A stretch of 64,000 nt of DNA from an uncultured Actinomycetes bacterium (GCA_963696975.1 CAVOMI010000007.1:5362-69361); one strand, 5' to 3'. Positions 44,196-54,739 are shown, counted from the first letter of the stretch. Translations and numbers: made by a program. Notes: generated from the letters alone by a model not told the origin.

Positions 44196-44413
44196 CCCAG
44201 CGGCGGCGCGCCTGTGCGAGCTTCCTTCACCAGACCGCCTCAGGAGATCGCGAGGGACCACGAGGGTCGGAAGCTGGGTTGGGTCAGCTTGCCACCGCGT
44301 TTCGCGACTGGGGCCTGTGTCGGCGCCGCACGGTAGGTCTCCTTCACGGCTGCGCGGCATTTTTCATTGCGTGGGCCGTCCTCGACCAGGCAAGACAGCA
44401 TGCGCTGTGATGC

Positions 44414-44419
44414 TATGAT
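44414..44419 (+). promoter_or_regulatory. -10-like TATGAT (extended TGCTATGAT) immediately upstream of the antitoxin start; possible leaderless transcript
   Basis: TATGAT at 44414..44419. GTG 44423 and ATG 44426 follow within 4-7 nt. Confidence 0.35.
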
Positions 44420-44422
44420 GCC

Positions 44423-44650
44423 GTGATGCCGAAGCAGCGGACGACGGTGACCCTCGACGAGGGGGTCCTGCGCGCCGTGCGGGTCAAGGCAGCTCGTACC
44501 GGCCGGCGCGACAGCGAGGTGATCGAGCAAGCGCTGCGGCGCGATCTCGGCCTCGAGCTGCTCGAACAGATCTGGGCCAAGGCGAACCTCGGTGAGGCCG
44601 AGGCATTGACCCTCGCGGTCGAGGAGCAGCACAAGGCCCGCCGCGGCTAG
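44423..44650 (+). CDS. Ribbon-helix-helix (CopG-like) antitoxin
   Basis: QRTTVTLDEGVLRAVRVKAARTGRRDSEVIEQALRR is an RHH pattern. Its stop overlaps the start of the PIN gene by 1 nt (TAGTG). Confidence 0.75.
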   Translation: MMPKQRTTVTLDEGVLRAVRVKAARTGRRDSEVIEQALRRDLGLELLEQIWAKANLGEAEALTLAVEEQHKARRG

Positions 44651-45069
44651 TGCGCGCGCTCTTCGACGCCAACTTCCTCATCTCCGGGCTGCTCTCGCGT
44701 ACCGGAGCCCCCGCGCGTCTGCTCGCTAAATGGCTCGAGGGGGAGTTCGAGCTTGTCGTCACGGAGCGCTTGCTCGCAGAGCTCGAGTCCACGCTCGCGC
44801 GCCCGAAACTGCGGCGTCACCTCGACGAGGCGGAGATCAGCGGATTCCTGGAGCTCTTGCGCGGTCTTGCCGAATGGGTCGCGGATCCGCAAGCGGGGCC
44901 CCGCGTCACCTCGAGAGACCCCAGGGACGACTATCTGATCGCGGCGGCGGCGTCCGCGCACGCCACGCTCGTAACCGGAGACGCGCACCTGCTGGAACTC
45001 GAAGACTCGATCCCCGTACTATCCCCACGCGCCTTCCTCGACAGCATCGACTCGCACCAGCGGTCGTAG
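44650..45069 (+). CDS. PIN-domain toxin (VapC-like)
   Basis: MRALFDANFLISGLL (conserved Asp), ...DPRDDYLIAAAASAHATLVTGDAHLL. 139 aa. Confidence 0.85.
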   Translation: MRALFDANFLISGLLSRTGAPARLLAKWLEGEFELVVTERLLAELESTLARPKLRRHLDEAEISGFLELLRGLAEWVADPQAGPRVTSRDPRDDYLIAAAASAHATLVTGDAHLLELEDSIPVLSPRAFLDSIDSHQRS

Positions 45070-45101
45070 CAGGTGATCGTCCTGCCGAGGTCTCGACTTG
45101 G

Positions 45102-45563
45102 CTATGACTTGAGATATCCGGCTAGGTTCATCAGCGAGGACGCCATGCCCGCGGCGTGATCCTCTGCAGAGATGCCGTCGGGGACGTTGTCGGCAGTGAT
45201 GTCGACGCGCGCTGATCCATCGATGGCGGTTACCTCCCAGGTCATCGTCATCGTGCCGGCGTAGGCGGGATCGTCAGAGACGAAGTCGACCTCCTGCACG
45301 ACACGAACACCGGGGACGAGGTCGACGACGCGCGCTTCGACGATATCCGTGTCGGCCGTCGCCTTCCCCTGCGAGGGAGACGCATCGGCGTAGGTCAACA
45401 CCAGTCGATATGAGCCGCCGGGGCGCAGATCGAATCGTTCGAACCTGCCTGTCATCCCTCGCGGGGGAAGCCAGACCATGAGGGCGTCGGCATCGACGAG
45501 GGCGGCGTAGACCCTTTCGTGTGGAGCGCGAATGACCCGGGACGCCGTGTCGGTACGAGGCAC
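45102..45563 (-). CDS. SRPBCC-family (AHSA1/START-like) protein
   Basis: ASRVIRAPHERVYAALVDADALMVWLPP...GGSYRLVLTY...MTMTWEV. 153 aa. Confidence 0.85.
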   Translation of the reverse strand: MPRTDTASRVIRAPHERVYAALVDADALMVWLPPRGMTGRFERFDLRPGGSYRLVLTYADASPSQGKATADTDIVEARVVDLVPGVRVVQEVDFVSDDPAYAGTMTMTWEVTAIDGSARVDITADNVPDGISAEDHAAGMASSLMNLAGYLKS

Positions 45564-45657
45564 TGCTCGATGCTAACGACGGCTGGAAGCGGCGAGTGGT
45601 GTCGATGCGTGGGACCCGAGACGGGTACGGTGAGCCGATGGCTGTCGCGGTGGTGCG

Positions 45658-46572
45658 ATGAGCTGGCCTGTGCTTCCTTTCGAGGACTGGCGTGCGACGT
45701 GTGACACGCTGCACGCGCACACGCAGGTGCTGGGCAAGCTTGCGGTGGCGCTCGCTCCGCCCGAGCCCCAGCTTCAGCATGCGGCTCTGCGGTTGAGCGC
45801 GCGCGGCTGGGAGACGCTGCCGCTGCCGGCGCCCGACGGCTCGGGCGCGTTTGTGGTCGCGCTCGACCTGCGCAGCCACGAAGCGGTCGTCGAGCACAGC
45901 GACGGGCGTTTCCGGCGGGTCGCGCTCGCGCCGGATCGGCCGGTCGGCGAGGTCACGCGCGAGCTGCTCGCCGCGGTCCGTGCCCTCGTCGGTCCCGTCG
46001 AGATCAGCACCACCCCGCAGGAAACGCCGTGGACGACGCCGCTCGACGAGGACAGCGAGCACGCGACCTACGATCCAGTCCAGGTCGCCGACTACTTAGC
46101 CGCAGCCACCCAGGCTGGGCTCGTGCTCGCGGCCCTGCGAGCTCCGTACCGCGGCCGCTCGACCCCGGTCAATGCGTGGTGGGGATCGTTCGACCTCGCC
46201 GTCAGCCTCTTTTCCGGCGAACCGGCGAAACCGCCATCCCAGGACTTCATCGTCCGCAACTCGGGTGACGCACAACAGATCGAGGTCGGCTGGTGGCCGG
46301 GCGATCACCGCTACCCAAGCGCCGCGTTTTACGCCTATGCGTACCCGCCGCCGGAAGGCTTTGCCGAAGGGAAGCTCTCACCCCCGAGCGCACGCTGGGA
46401 CGAGACGCTCGGCGAGTTCATCCTCGACTGGGACGACGTCCGGACCTCCCCCGACCCCCACGAGACCGCACTGGGCTTCGCCCGCTCGGCCGTTGAACAC
46501 GGTTGCCGGGTCTGCAACTGGAACCCCGCACTCCTGGCGAGCATGGAAGGCGAACCGCCGCCCCTCACCTGA
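45658..46572 (+). CDS. DUF5996-family protein
   Basis: LPFEDWRATCDTLHAHTQVLGKLAVAL, STPVNAWWGSFDLAVSLFSG and WWPGDHRYPSAAFYAYAYPPPEGF match the family pattern as I recall it. Confidence 0.75.
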   Translation: MSWPVLPFEDWRATCDTLHAHTQVLGKLAVALAPPEPQLQHAALRLSARGWETLPLPAPDGSGAFVVALDLRSHEAVVEHSDGRFRRVALAPDRPVGEVTRELLAAVRALVGPVEISTTPQETPWTTPLDEDSEHATYDPVQVADYLAAATQAGLVLAALRAPYRGRSTPVNAWWGSFDLAVSLFSGEPAKPPSQDFIVRNSGDAQQIEVGWWPGDHRYPSAAFYAYAYPPPEGFAEGKLSPPSARWDETLGEFILDWDDVRTSPDPHETALGFARSAVEHGCRVCNWNPALLASMEGEPPPLT

Positions 46573-46648
46573 CCGCAGTCCGGGCTCGGCCTCGGCGACC
46601 TCGGCACGTCGACTTGGAAGGCGGAGGTCCTCGGCGTACGATCGGCGC

Positions 46649-47929
46649 GTGGACGCGCACGCTGCCGGATCAGGCGAGCACGGCGCGGGGCCGCAGCCGT
46701 CGCTCCGCTACGGCCAGGCGCTCCAGAACGTCTCGGCCGTCATAGCGCCTGCCACGCTGCTGACCGGAATCGCCTTCTACTTCGGCTGGCGGCGCGTCAA
46801 CGCGTTCGACGGGTACTTCGGCCTAGACTCGGGCGCGCTCGGCTACTCGACGCACGACTACATCCTCAACAGCCTCAACGCGCTGTTCCTGCCGGTGATC
46901 GTCGTCCTCTTGGTGCTGATCGGGCTGGCGCTCGGCCATGCCTACATCATCGATGCCCACAGCTCAGGCCGGAGGTCGCCCAAGACGCTGCACCTGCTCA
47001 GCCAGGTCGCGCTGATCCTAGGCGGACTGCTCCTGATCGTCGGCGGTCTCGCCGCGTTCGCCGTCTTCCCGTTCAACACGCCGTACCTGGTCGCGACGCT
47101 GTTTCCCGCCGCGGGCGTGCTGCTCATCGCGCACGCCGTCCACCAGCGCGAGCGGCTCCGCGGCGATCCGCCGCTGTCGACGGCCGCACGCGTCTTCGTC
47201 GGCCTGTTCGTCGCGGTCTGCCTCTTCTGGGCCGCAGGCCTCTACGCACAGAAACTCGGGCGCGACGAGGCGGCGAGCGTCGCGGGCCACCTCGACGAGC
47301 TGCCCGGCGTGACGTTCTCGACCGGCTCCAGACTCGCGTTGCCCGGAGCCGTACCGATCTCTGCATCGGCGTACGGCTATAGCCACCTGCGGCTGCTCGC
47401 AGTCGGCAACGGGACGATGTTCCTCTTACCGGACGGTTGGCGGCGCGGACACGGGAGTCTCTTCCCGGTCCCCCAGTCGTCCACGACGCAGCTCGAGTTC
47501 ATTCCCCCGACCAGCCGTCCGTCGGGCTCGTTCGTGGCACAGGGAGCGACCGGCGAAACCCCGCAGGTATTCACGCCGCCGGTGACCGGGCCCTACTGGC
47601 GCGCGTCACTCGGACCGCTCGTCGCCACCGAGGCTGCCCCGGAGTACGGCAAACCGACATCGCTCAGACTCTTCAATCGGAGTAGCACTCTCTCGGACCT
47701 CTCGCTCGTGGTGAAGCTGCCGGGGCACGCGCAGCCGATCATCGCCGGAGCCGCCGCGCGCTGCCGCGTCGACGGAAGTCGATCGGCGTGCGCTCTGAGC
47801 GCGATCCCGCGCGGTCGAGCGGTCACGCTCCACGTCTCGTCGACGGCGCAGCACGCGGTGGCGGGACACGTGGTGATCGGCCTTGGGAGGTTCAGGCTCA
47901 AGAAGTCGCTGACGCTCGCGGCCCGCTGA
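46649..47929 (+). CDS. Hypothetical integral membrane protein
   Basis: Five or six hydrophobic helices (ATLLTGIAFYFGW, LFLPVIVVLLVLIGLAL, VALILGGLLLIVGGLAAFAV, VATLFPAAGVLLIAHAV, VFVGLFVAVCLFWAAGLY) followed by a ~190-aa soluble domain. Start GTG 46649 was chosen after the upstream gene end; the start is uncertain. Confidence 0.6.
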   Translation: MDAHAAGSGEHGAGPQPSLRYGQALQNVSAVIAPATLLTGIAFYFGWRRVNAFDGYFGLDSGALGYSTHDYILNSLNALFLPVIVVLLVLIGLALGHAYIIDAHSSGRRSPKTLHLLSQVALILGGLLLIVGGLAAFAVFPFNTPYLVATLFPAAGVLLIAHAVHQRERLRGDPPLSTAARVFVGLFVAVCLFWAAGLYAQKLGRDEAASVAGHLDELPGVTFSTGSRLALPGAVPISASAYGYSHLRLLAVGNGTMFLLPDGWRRGHGSLFPVPQSSTTQLEFIPPTSRPSGSFVAQGATGETPQVFTPPVTGPYWRASLGPLVATEAAPEYGKPTSLRLFNRSSTLSDLSLVVKLPGHAQPIIAGAAARCRVDGSRSACALSAIPRGRAVTLHVSSTAQHAVAGHVVIGLGRFRLKKSLTLAAR

Positions 47930-49382
47930 GAGCCTCGAGCAGCGCGCGGCCGCGCGGCGTGCCGTGGCCGGTGCACGCATCCCAGGCGTGCCGCCGGGCG
48001 CGATAGGCGCCGTTCGAGCCTCTCGCCACGTCGTTGAAGACCGCGCGGTCGGGGTTCTCGTAGAGCAGCGGGTTGATGAAGCCCGCCGGCGAGCCGAGGC
48101 GCTGGTTCAGCTGGGCGACGAGCGCTGCCCACAGCGGAGCGACGGCGCTCGTGCCTCCGAAGGGATGGTCGGTCAGGCCGTCGCCCACGAGGTAGCCGGT
48201 CTGCGGATCGGCGTTTCCCGAGACGTCCGGCACGCCGCGCCCGGGACCGGCGCCCTCGTTGATCGAGGCGGGGACACGCACGTTGGCCTGCCACGACGGG
48301 ACGTCGTAGTGCGCGCTCACGCCGCCGCCCGTCGAGTTGCCGTCGTGGTCGTTCCACACGACCTCGGCGATCCCGCCGTCGATCTCCTCGAGGTGCGTGC
48401 CGCCGCAGGCGAGGACGTGGGGGCTCGACGCCGGGTAGTCGACGTGGGCGACACGACCGCCGACGCCGTCCCGCCAGCCGTTGTCACCGGCTGCGGCGCA
48501 GACCGTGACGCCGAGCGCGGCGGCGGTCCGAAACGCGTGGTCCATCGCACGCCGGCCCTGCTCCGTCCACTGCTCCTCGGCCTGACCCCAGCTGATCGAG
48601 AGGATGGACGGCTTGCGCGGATCGAACAGCGCGGTCGTCACGGCGTCGACGAAGCCGCGATCGCTCGCGGGCGCGAAGTAGACGAGTTGCTCGGCGCCAG
48701 GCGCGATCGCTCCGATCACTTCGATATCGAGCACGACCTCGCCGTCGGCGGCGTGGCTACGTCCGGGGGAGTTGCGGACGCCGTCCACCGAGACGGCAGT
48801 CAGCCTCGGCATCGGTTTGCCGAGCTTCTCGAAGTAGCGGCGGAGCTTGGAGCGGAGAAAGCCTCCGCCGAGCTCGATCACGGCGATGCGCTGGCCGCTC
48901 CCGTCGAGGTCGTGCGGGAAGTCGTAGAGCTCGGCGATCCGTGAGGGCGTGAACGAGGTGTGCTGCGCCTGTTCGACGCGCTCGTGCGGGACGACGCGAT
49001 ACGAGGTCGTCGCCTGCGGCCGGTCGTCGAGGCCGAGGACGGCTTCGATCGCCGGCGCGACCGAGGCCGGAACGTGCAGGTGTCCCGAGCGGCCCCGGTA
49101 GGCGCCCTCGGGCGAGCGGTAGTGCGAGAGCCGGGTGCGGAACGCCGCTTCCATCCGTGCGGCAGGTCCGGTGAGGACGACGCTGCGGCGGCCGGCGCTC
49201 GCCTGCCGGACGCGGAGTCCGTGCTCGGTCGCGAAGTCGACCACCGCTGCGAGATCCTTCGGGGCGGCCCCGTAGCGGGCCGCGTACTCGCGGCGTGTGA
49301 GGTGACGGCGCTCGCCGAGCGGTTGCCGGCCCAGCTCTTCCGGTTCGGGCAGCAGCGCGCGCGGACGCACGAGCACGGTCAC
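47898..49382 (-). CDS. S53 (sedolisin/kumamolisin-like) serine peptidase with pro-domain
   Basis: Pro-domain-like EVTVLVRPR...HLTRREYAARYGAAPKDLAAVVDFATEHGLRV. Catalytic-domain motifs IAVIELGGGF, DGEVVLDIEVIGAIAPGA, ISWGQAEEQW, CAAAGDNG and FGGTSAVAPLWAALVA. 49382 is the first canonical start (GTG), but family-like sequence (RKPLPGARRTGAVPSDEPVE) continues upstream without one. Confidence 0.85.
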   Translation of the reverse strand: MTVLVRPRALLPEPEELGRQPLGERRHLTRREYAARYGAAPKDLAAVVDFATEHGLRVRQASAGRRSVVLTGPAARMEAAFRTRLSHYRSPEGAYRGRSGHLHVPASVAPAIEAVLGLDDRPQATTSYRVVPHERVEQAQHTSFTPSRIAELYDFPHDLDGSGQRIAVIELGGGFLRSKLRRYFEKLGKPMPRLTAVSVDGVRNSPGRSHAADGEVVLDIEVIGAIAPGAEQLVYFAPASDRGFVDAVTTALFDPRKPSILSISWGQAEEQWTEQGRRAMDHAFRTAAALGVTVCAAAGDNGWRDGVGGRVAHVDYPASSPHVLACGGTHLEEIDGGIAEVVWNDHDGNSTGGGVSAHYDVPSWQANVRVPASINEGAGPGRGVPDVSGNADPQTGYLVGDGLTDHPFGGTSAVAPLWAALVAQLNQRLGSPAGFINPLLYENPDRAVFNDVARGSNGAYRARRHAWDACTGHGTPRGRALLEALSGPRASATS

Positions 49383-49500
49383 CTCGACCGGCTCGTCGGA
49401 CGGGACCGCGCCGGTCCGGCGCGCTCCCGGCAGCGGCTTGCGCGCGCTGCCGCCGACCCTCGTTCTACTTGTCGTCGCCGCCGGAGGGCTCCTCCTCGTC

Positions 49501-49576
49501 GCGCTCCTCGAGCCCGCGCTCCTCGAGCGCCGCGCTCCTCGAGCCCGCGCTCTTCGAGACCGCGCTCCTCGAGACC
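49501..49576 (-). repeat. Five tandem copies of a 15-nt unit (minus strand GGN CTC GAG GAG CGC = G-L-E-E-R); the second copy is 16 nt
   Basis: Units at 49501-15, 49516-31 (16 nt), 49532-46, 49547-61 and 49562-76, read directly. They lie inside the ORF starting ATG 49624 (MSEETHGDHEHEPDEHGLEERGLEERGLEE...). Confidence 0.9.
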
Positions 49577-49657
49577 GTGTTCGTCCGGCTCGTGCTCGTG
49601 GTCGCCGTGCGTCTCCTCGCTCATACCGGGACTCCTTCCGCAGCTTGAAGAGCGAAT

Positions 49658-52579
49658 CTACCCCGCTACCCGAACGGCAGCAAGCTGGGCGATGCTCGCG
49701 ACCGCACCCTTCGCCTCGGCGATCCGGCGCGCTTCGGCGAGCAGCCGCTCGGCCTCGCCGGTCTCGTCCGCCGCGGTGGCGGCTTCGGCGGCGGCGAGGA
49801 GCGCGACGATGGCGAGCTGCGGGAACTCCGAGTCGCCGAGCCGCCGGCACGCCTCGGTTGCCAGCTCCACCGCCTCCGGCGCGGAGCCTTGGCGCGCTCG
49901 CACGCGTGCGAGCGCCGAGCGCCAGAGCACGTGCGCGATTACGTCGTGGGAGGCCGCATCGGACGCGACCCGCCGGGCCAGCTCCTCTGCTTCGTCGAGG
50001 CGTCCGAGCCTCGCCAGGGCCTCGGCGAGGAGTGCCCGGTGCGTCGTCGCCGACGTGGCGGCACCGATCTCGTCGAACGCCCCGGAGGAGGCGCGCAGCT
50101 CGCGCTCGGCGGCAGCAGGATCCCCGGCGAGCAACTCGATCTGCGCCCCGACGAACGACTGGGCCGCGCGGCGGAAGCGCAGGCCGAACTCCTCGGTGGT
50201 CGCGGCGGCGTCCCTGAACATCCGGCGCGCCTCGTCGAACTCGCCGCGCATGGCTACCAGGCCGGACAGGCTCGTCTGGATCGAGCTCCGCAGCGGCCTG
50301 TCGAGGTCGAGCTCGTCCGGCAGGCCCTCGAGTCGGGAGATCGCCTCGTCGACGGGAGTCGGTCCGTGCAGCAGCGCCTGTCCGAGCAGCCCGGCGAGCG
50401 TCCCGACCGTATCTGTGCCCGCCTGCGCCCGTCGCGCGTGCTCGAGCGCGCGCTCGATCGCTTCGCCCCGCGCCCGCCAGCGGCAGGCGGCGAGGTCGCC
50501 GCTGCTCCGCAGCCACCACGCGCGGGCGAGCGCGAGCTCGTCCCCGAGCGGCTCGAGCTCGACGATCGCCTCTTCGGCGAGGGCGACGCTCTCCTCGACC
50601 GCCGTGTCGCCGGCGAAGGCGCGTACGAACTGGAGCTCGATGCGGGCGTGCAGCTCGGTGGCTCGCTGGCCGAGTGCCGCGGCTGCGTCCACGGCCTCGA
50701 CGAGCGCGGACTCCGCACCGGGGACGTCGCCTCCGTTCAGGCGCGCGGTGCCGAGACCGGTGAGGACGGCGGGCAGCTCGCGGTCGTCGGCCGGAAGGAG
50801 GGTGCGCGCGCGCTCGAGCAGCGAGACCGTCGCCGGCGCGTCGGTGCGGCTGAGCGTCTCCTCGGCCGCGAGGCGGAGGAGACGGCCGGCGCGCGCGGCC
50901 AGCTCGGGGTCTCGCTGGCCGAGCTCCCGGCGCAGGAGGCTCGTGTGCTCGAGGTGGTAGCCCACGACGGCGGGCTCGGCGTCCGCGCCGTCGAGCAGCG
51001 CGGCAACCGTCTCATGCAGATCGGCACGGACCGTCTTCGGCATCGCCTCGTACACGGCCTCGCGGATCAAGGCATGCCGGAAGCGAAAGCCGTCGTCCGG
51101 GATCGAGATGGCGGGCTGGATCAGCCCGCGCCGCACGAGCCCGAACGCGCTCGCCTGTGCCTGCTCCTGCTCGTCCGCGGGCATCAGGCGGAGGACGGCT
51201 TCCAGCGAGAAGCTCCGGCCGATCACGGAGGCACGCTCGAGCACCGCGCGCTCCTCGGGATCCAGCCGGTCGAGCCGTGCGTGGAGGACACCGCGGATCG
51301 AGCCGCTCAGCGTGACGTCCTCGCCTCCCTCGCCGGCGAATGCCGCGAGCTGCTCGATGAAGAGCGGGTTGCCATCTGCCAGCTCGGCGATGCGCTCGCG
51401 CACCGCGGCCGGCGCGTCGAGCGCGCCGAGCAGTCCATGCGTCTCCAGGTCGGAGAGGCCCTCGAGCGTCAGCGTCGTCTCCGGCCGCGAGACCCACTGC
51501 GGCCGCCGTTCCGCGAGCTCCGGACGGGCGAGACAGAGAAGCAGCACCGGCGCGGAGCCGAGCCGGGCGCACAGGTGCTCGATCAGGTCGAGCAGGGTCT
51601 CCTCGGCCCAGTGGACGTCGTCGAAGACCGCGAGCAGCGGCCGCTCGCCCGCGAGCTCCTCGAACAGGCTCCGCGTCGCGGCGAACACCTCGTAGCTCGA
51701 GCCTTCGAGCACGCTCTCGTCCCTGCCCGCCTGCTGGAAGGCCGCCCGGATCGGCGAGAACGTCGTCCCCTCGCCGTACGGCGGACAGCTCGCGACGACG
51801 ACGCTCGCCTCTCCTTCGAGCCGGCGGACGAGCTCGCGTGCGAGCCGGGATTTGCCGATGCCGGAGTCGCCGACGATGGTGACGAGGCGGGCGCCCGACG
51901 AGGCGGCCTCGGCGTAGGCGGCGTGCAGACGCTCGAGCTCCCACTCCTGGCCGACGAGCGGCGTGTCGTCGCGGCGCGGGATGGCCGTCGCGGCGGGATC
52001 GACCGACTCGAGCCGGAACGCGACCGTCAGGCCGGCCTTGCCCTTCAGCTCGAGCGGCTCCAGCGGCGTCGCGCGCACCGCGTGCTCGACGAGGCGGTAG
52101 GTCGACTCGCCGAGGACGATCTCCCCGGGCGCCGCCGCCTGTTCGAGCCGCTTGCCGACGTTGACCGCGTCGCCGCTGACGAAGCCGTGGCCGGCGGACG
52201 GATCACCGGTCACCACCTCGCCGGTGTTGATCCCGATCCGCACCTCGAGGTGGATCTCGTCGGCGTGATCGAGCTCGGCGACGCACTCCTTGACGTCGAG
52301 CGCCGCACGCACGCCGCGCAGGGCATCGTCCTCGTGCACCACGGGCACCCCGAAGACGGCCATGACCTCGTCTCCGACGAACTTCTCGACGGTGCCGCCG
52401 TGCGCCTCGATCACGGCCGCGGCCCGCTCGAAGAAGCGGAGCATGAGATGGCGGAGGGCCTCCGGGTCGAGCCTGCCCGCGAGCTCGGTGAATGCGACGA
52501 GGTCGCAGAAGAGGACCGTGACCGTCTTGCGTCCCTCGATTGTGCGACTCGAGAGCATGTCCATGTCCCGAACGTACAC
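49658..52579 (-). CDS. Class III adenylate/guanylate cyclase domain fused to AAA/STAND ATPase and TPR-like repeats
   Basis: Cyclase domain: VTVLFCDLVAFTEL...GGTVEKFVGDEVMAVFG...VRIGINTGEVV. P-loop: IVGDSGIGKSRLAREL. Walker B: LLAVFDDVHWAEE. A long helical repeat C-terminus follows. Confidence 0.9.
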   Translation of the reverse strand: MYVRDMDMLSSRTIEGRKTVTVLFCDLVAFTELAGRLDPEALRHLMLRFFERAAAVIEAHGGTVEKFVGDEVMAVFGVPVVHEDDALRGVRAALDVKECVAELDHADEIHLEVRIGINTGEVVTGDPSAGHGFVSGDAVNVGKRLEQAAAPGEIVLGESTYRLVEHAVRATPLEPLELKGKAGLTVAFRLESVDPAATAIPRRDDTPLVGQEWELERLHAAYAEAASSGARLVTIVGDSGIGKSRLARELVRRLEGEASVVVASCPPYGEGTTFSPIRAAFQQAGRDESVLEGSSYEVFAATRSLFEELAGERPLLAVFDDVHWAEETLLDLIEHLCARLGSAPVLLLCLARPELAERRPQWVSRPETTLTLEGLSDLETHGLLGALDAPAAVRERIAELADGNPLFIEQLAAFAGEGGEDVTLSGSIRGVLHARLDRLDPEERAVLERASVIGRSFSLEAVLRLMPADEQEQAQASAFGLVRRGLIQPAISIPDDGFRFRHALIREAVYEAMPKTVRADLHETVAALLDGADAEPAVVGYHLEHTSLLRRELGQRDPELAARAGRLLRLAAEETLSRTDAPATVSLLERARTLLPADDRELPAVLTGLGTARLNGGDVPGAESALVEAVDAAAALGQRATELHARIELQFVRAFAGDTAVEESVALAEEAIVELEPLGDELALARAWWLRSSGDLAACRWRARGEAIERALEHARRAQAGTDTVGTLAGLLGQALLHGPTPVDEAISRLEGLPDELDLDRPLRSSIQTSLSGLVAMRGEFDEARRMFRDAAATTEEFGLRFRRAAQSFVGAQIELLAGDPAAAERELRASSGAFDEIGAATSATTHRALLAEALARLGRLDEAEELARRVASDAASHDVIAHVLWRSALARVRARQGSAPEAVELATEACRRLGDSEFPQLAIVALLAAAEAATAADETGEAERLLAEARRIAEAKGAVASIAQLAAVRVAG

Positions 52580-52621
52580 CCGCCGTCGCGTGTCGGCCAG
52601 GGACGAGCCGTCTCTGGCGTC

Positions 52622-53152
52622 TTAGCGGGCGGCTGCAGGCAGTATGGCTCCGCGGTCGACGGCCTCTTCGAGCACGAAGCGGGTGTCGGTGTTCTCGGCG
52701 AGCGTGAGCAGGGTCGCGTGGAGGCCGGCGCGTGTGTCGGCGTCGAGCGGCGCGAGGAACTCGTCCTCGACCTTCTGGACGATGGTGCGGAAGCGAGCTA
52801 GCTGGCGCTTGCCGGCGGGGGTGAGGCTGACGAGGTGGCGGCGACGATCGGTGACGTCCCGCCGGCGCTCGATCAGCTGCTTCTCCTCGAGGGCGTCGAG
52901 GATGCCGACCAGCATGCTCCGGTCGAGCTGGAGCGCGTCGGCGATGGTGGCCTGCGTCTCGCGCGCGCCTTCGTCGAGGAGCGCCAGGACGCTGTAGTGG
53001 TACGGGCTGAAGCCGACCTGCTCGAACTCCTTGAAGGCGCGGGCCTTGAGCCCGACGCCCAGCCGCGCCAGCAGGAAAGCCGGACTCTCGACGAGCTCGC
53101 GCGGAAAGCACGGGTTCTGCGCGTCAACGCTATCGGTGGGCGGTGTCTCCAT
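52622..53152 (-). CDS. MarR-family transcriptional regulator
   Basis: 176 aa from ATG 53152: [67 protein letters not shown] is a winged HTH. Divergent from the MFS gene. Confidence 0.9.
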   Translation of the reverse strand: METPPTDSVDAQNPCFPRELVESPAFLLARLGVGLKARAFKEFEQVGFSPYHYSVLALLDEGARETQATIADALQLDRSMLVGILDALEEKQLIERRRDVTDRRRHLVSLTPAGKRQLARFRTIVQKVEDEFLAPLDADTRAGLHATLLTLAENTDTRFVLEEAVDRGAILPAAAR

Positions 53153-53218
53153 ATCGCAACAGACGAAGAGTAGCGCAGACCATCGTGGATGTGCTAAACA
53201 GTGGACTAAGTCCACGAT

Positions 53219-54739
53219 ATGAGGAGAACACGAATGAGCGCACAAAGCATGGCAACTGCCTCGGATGTCCGGGAAGGCGACAGGCGCCGCTGGCTGATCC
53301 TGTCGGTGCTCGTCGTGGCGCAGTTCATGGTCGTGCTCGACGTCGCGATCGTGAACGTGGCGCTGCCGACGATCAAGAACGACCTGCACTTCAGCGAAGA
53401 CGGCCTGCAGTGGGTGATCACCGCCTACGCGATCGTGTTCGGTGGTGTGCTCCTGCTCGGCGGCCGGATGGCCGACCTGCTCGGTCGCAGGCGGATCTTC
53501 ATGGCCGGCATGGCCGTGTTCACGATCTTCTCCCTGCTCGACGGCCTGGCCTGGTCCTCGGCTTCGCTGATCGCTTTCCGTGGCCTGCAGGGCCTCGGCG
53601 CCGCGCTGCTCGCGCCGGCGGCGCTGTCGATCCTGACCACCACGTTCAGGGAGGGACGCGATCGCAACGTCGCCCTCGGAATCTGGGGTGCAGCCTCCGG
53701 CAGCGGGGGCGCAGCCGGCGTCCTGCTCGGCGGCGCGCTGACCAGCGCGTTCAGCTGGTCCTGGATCTTCTTCATCAACGTCCCCGTCGGCGTGCTCGTG
53801 CTCGCGCTCAGCCCGCTGCTCTTGAGGGAGAGCCGCGCCGACCTCGACCACCGCCACTTCGACACGGCCGGCGCCGCGTCCATCACCGGCGGGCTGATGC
53901 TCCTCGTCTACGCGCTCACGCACGCGAGCCAGCACGGCTGGGCCACGACCGAGACGGTCGGGCTCCTCGCCGCCTCCGCTGCGCTCATCGTCGGGTTCCT
54001 CGTGATCGAGATGCGCTCTCCGGCGCCGTTGCTGCCGCTCCGCATCTTCCGCCTGCGCACGCTGACGGCCTCGAACATCACCGCCCTGCTGATGGGAGCG
54101 GCGGTCTTCTCGCAGTTCTTCCTGCTCACCCTGTACATGCAGCAGGTGCTGCACTACTCCGCCCTGAAGACGGGAGTCGCCTACATCGCACTCACGCTCT
54201 CGATCGTCGGCTTCTCGGCCGTCTCGCAGGCGCTCGTCACCCGCGTCGGCATCCGCCTCGTGCTGCCGGTGGGCATGGCTCTCTCGGCGGCCGGCCTCGT
54301 CCTGTACGCACAGCTACCGGTACACGGAACCTACTTCTCGAACCTGTTCCCGGCCTTCATCCTCAGCGGGATCGGTCTCGCCTTCGCCTTCGTGCCGATG
54401 TCGATCGGCGCGCTCACCGGCGTTCGACCGGATGACGCCGGCGTGGCCTCCGGGCTCCTGAACACGAACCAGCAGATCGGGGGAGCGATCGGAGTCGCCA
54501 TCGCCACGACGATCGCCACCACCTACACGAGCCACTACCTCCAAGGACACCCCGGCGTCGGCCCGCTCGACGGAGCCGCGCTCACGCACGGCTTCCAGAT
54601 CGCCTTCTACGTCCTTGCCGCCCTTGCAGCGCTCGCGGCGGTGGTCAGCGCGATCATGATCGAGCCGGGCGCGGCCGCGACCACCTCGAGCGAGGAAACC
54701 AGCGGCGAACTGACACCCGCACTCGAGGAGGCGGCCTGA
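53219..54739 (+). CDS. MFS transporter, DHA2 (EmrB/QacA, 14-TMS) type
   Basis: [54 protein letters not shown] and about 14 hydrophobic segments. Alternative starts at 53234 or 53249. Confidence 0.9.
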   Translation: MRRTRMSAQSMATASDVREGDRRRWLILSVLVVAQFMVVLDVAIVNVALPTIKNDLHFSEDGLQWVITAYAIVFGGVLLLGGRMADLLGRRRIFMAGMAVFTIFSLLDGLAWSSASLIAFRGLQGLGAALLAPAALSILTTTFREGRDRNVALGIWGAASGSGGAAGVLLGGALTSAFSWSWIFFINVPVGVLVLALSPLLLRESRADLDHRHFDTAGAASITGGLMLLVYALTHASQHGWATTETVGLLAASAALIVGFLVIEMRSPAPLLPLRIFRLRTLTASNITALLMGAAVFSQFFLLTLYMQQVLHYSALKTGVAYIALTLSIVGFSAVSQALVTRVGIRLVLPVGMALSAAGLVLYAQLPVHGTYFSNLFPAFILSGIGLAFAFVPMSIGALTGVRPDDAGVASGLLNTNQQIGGAIGVAIATTIATTYTSHYLQGHPGVGPLDGAALTHGFQIAFYVLAALAALAAVVSAIMIEPGAAATTSSEETSGELTPALEEAA

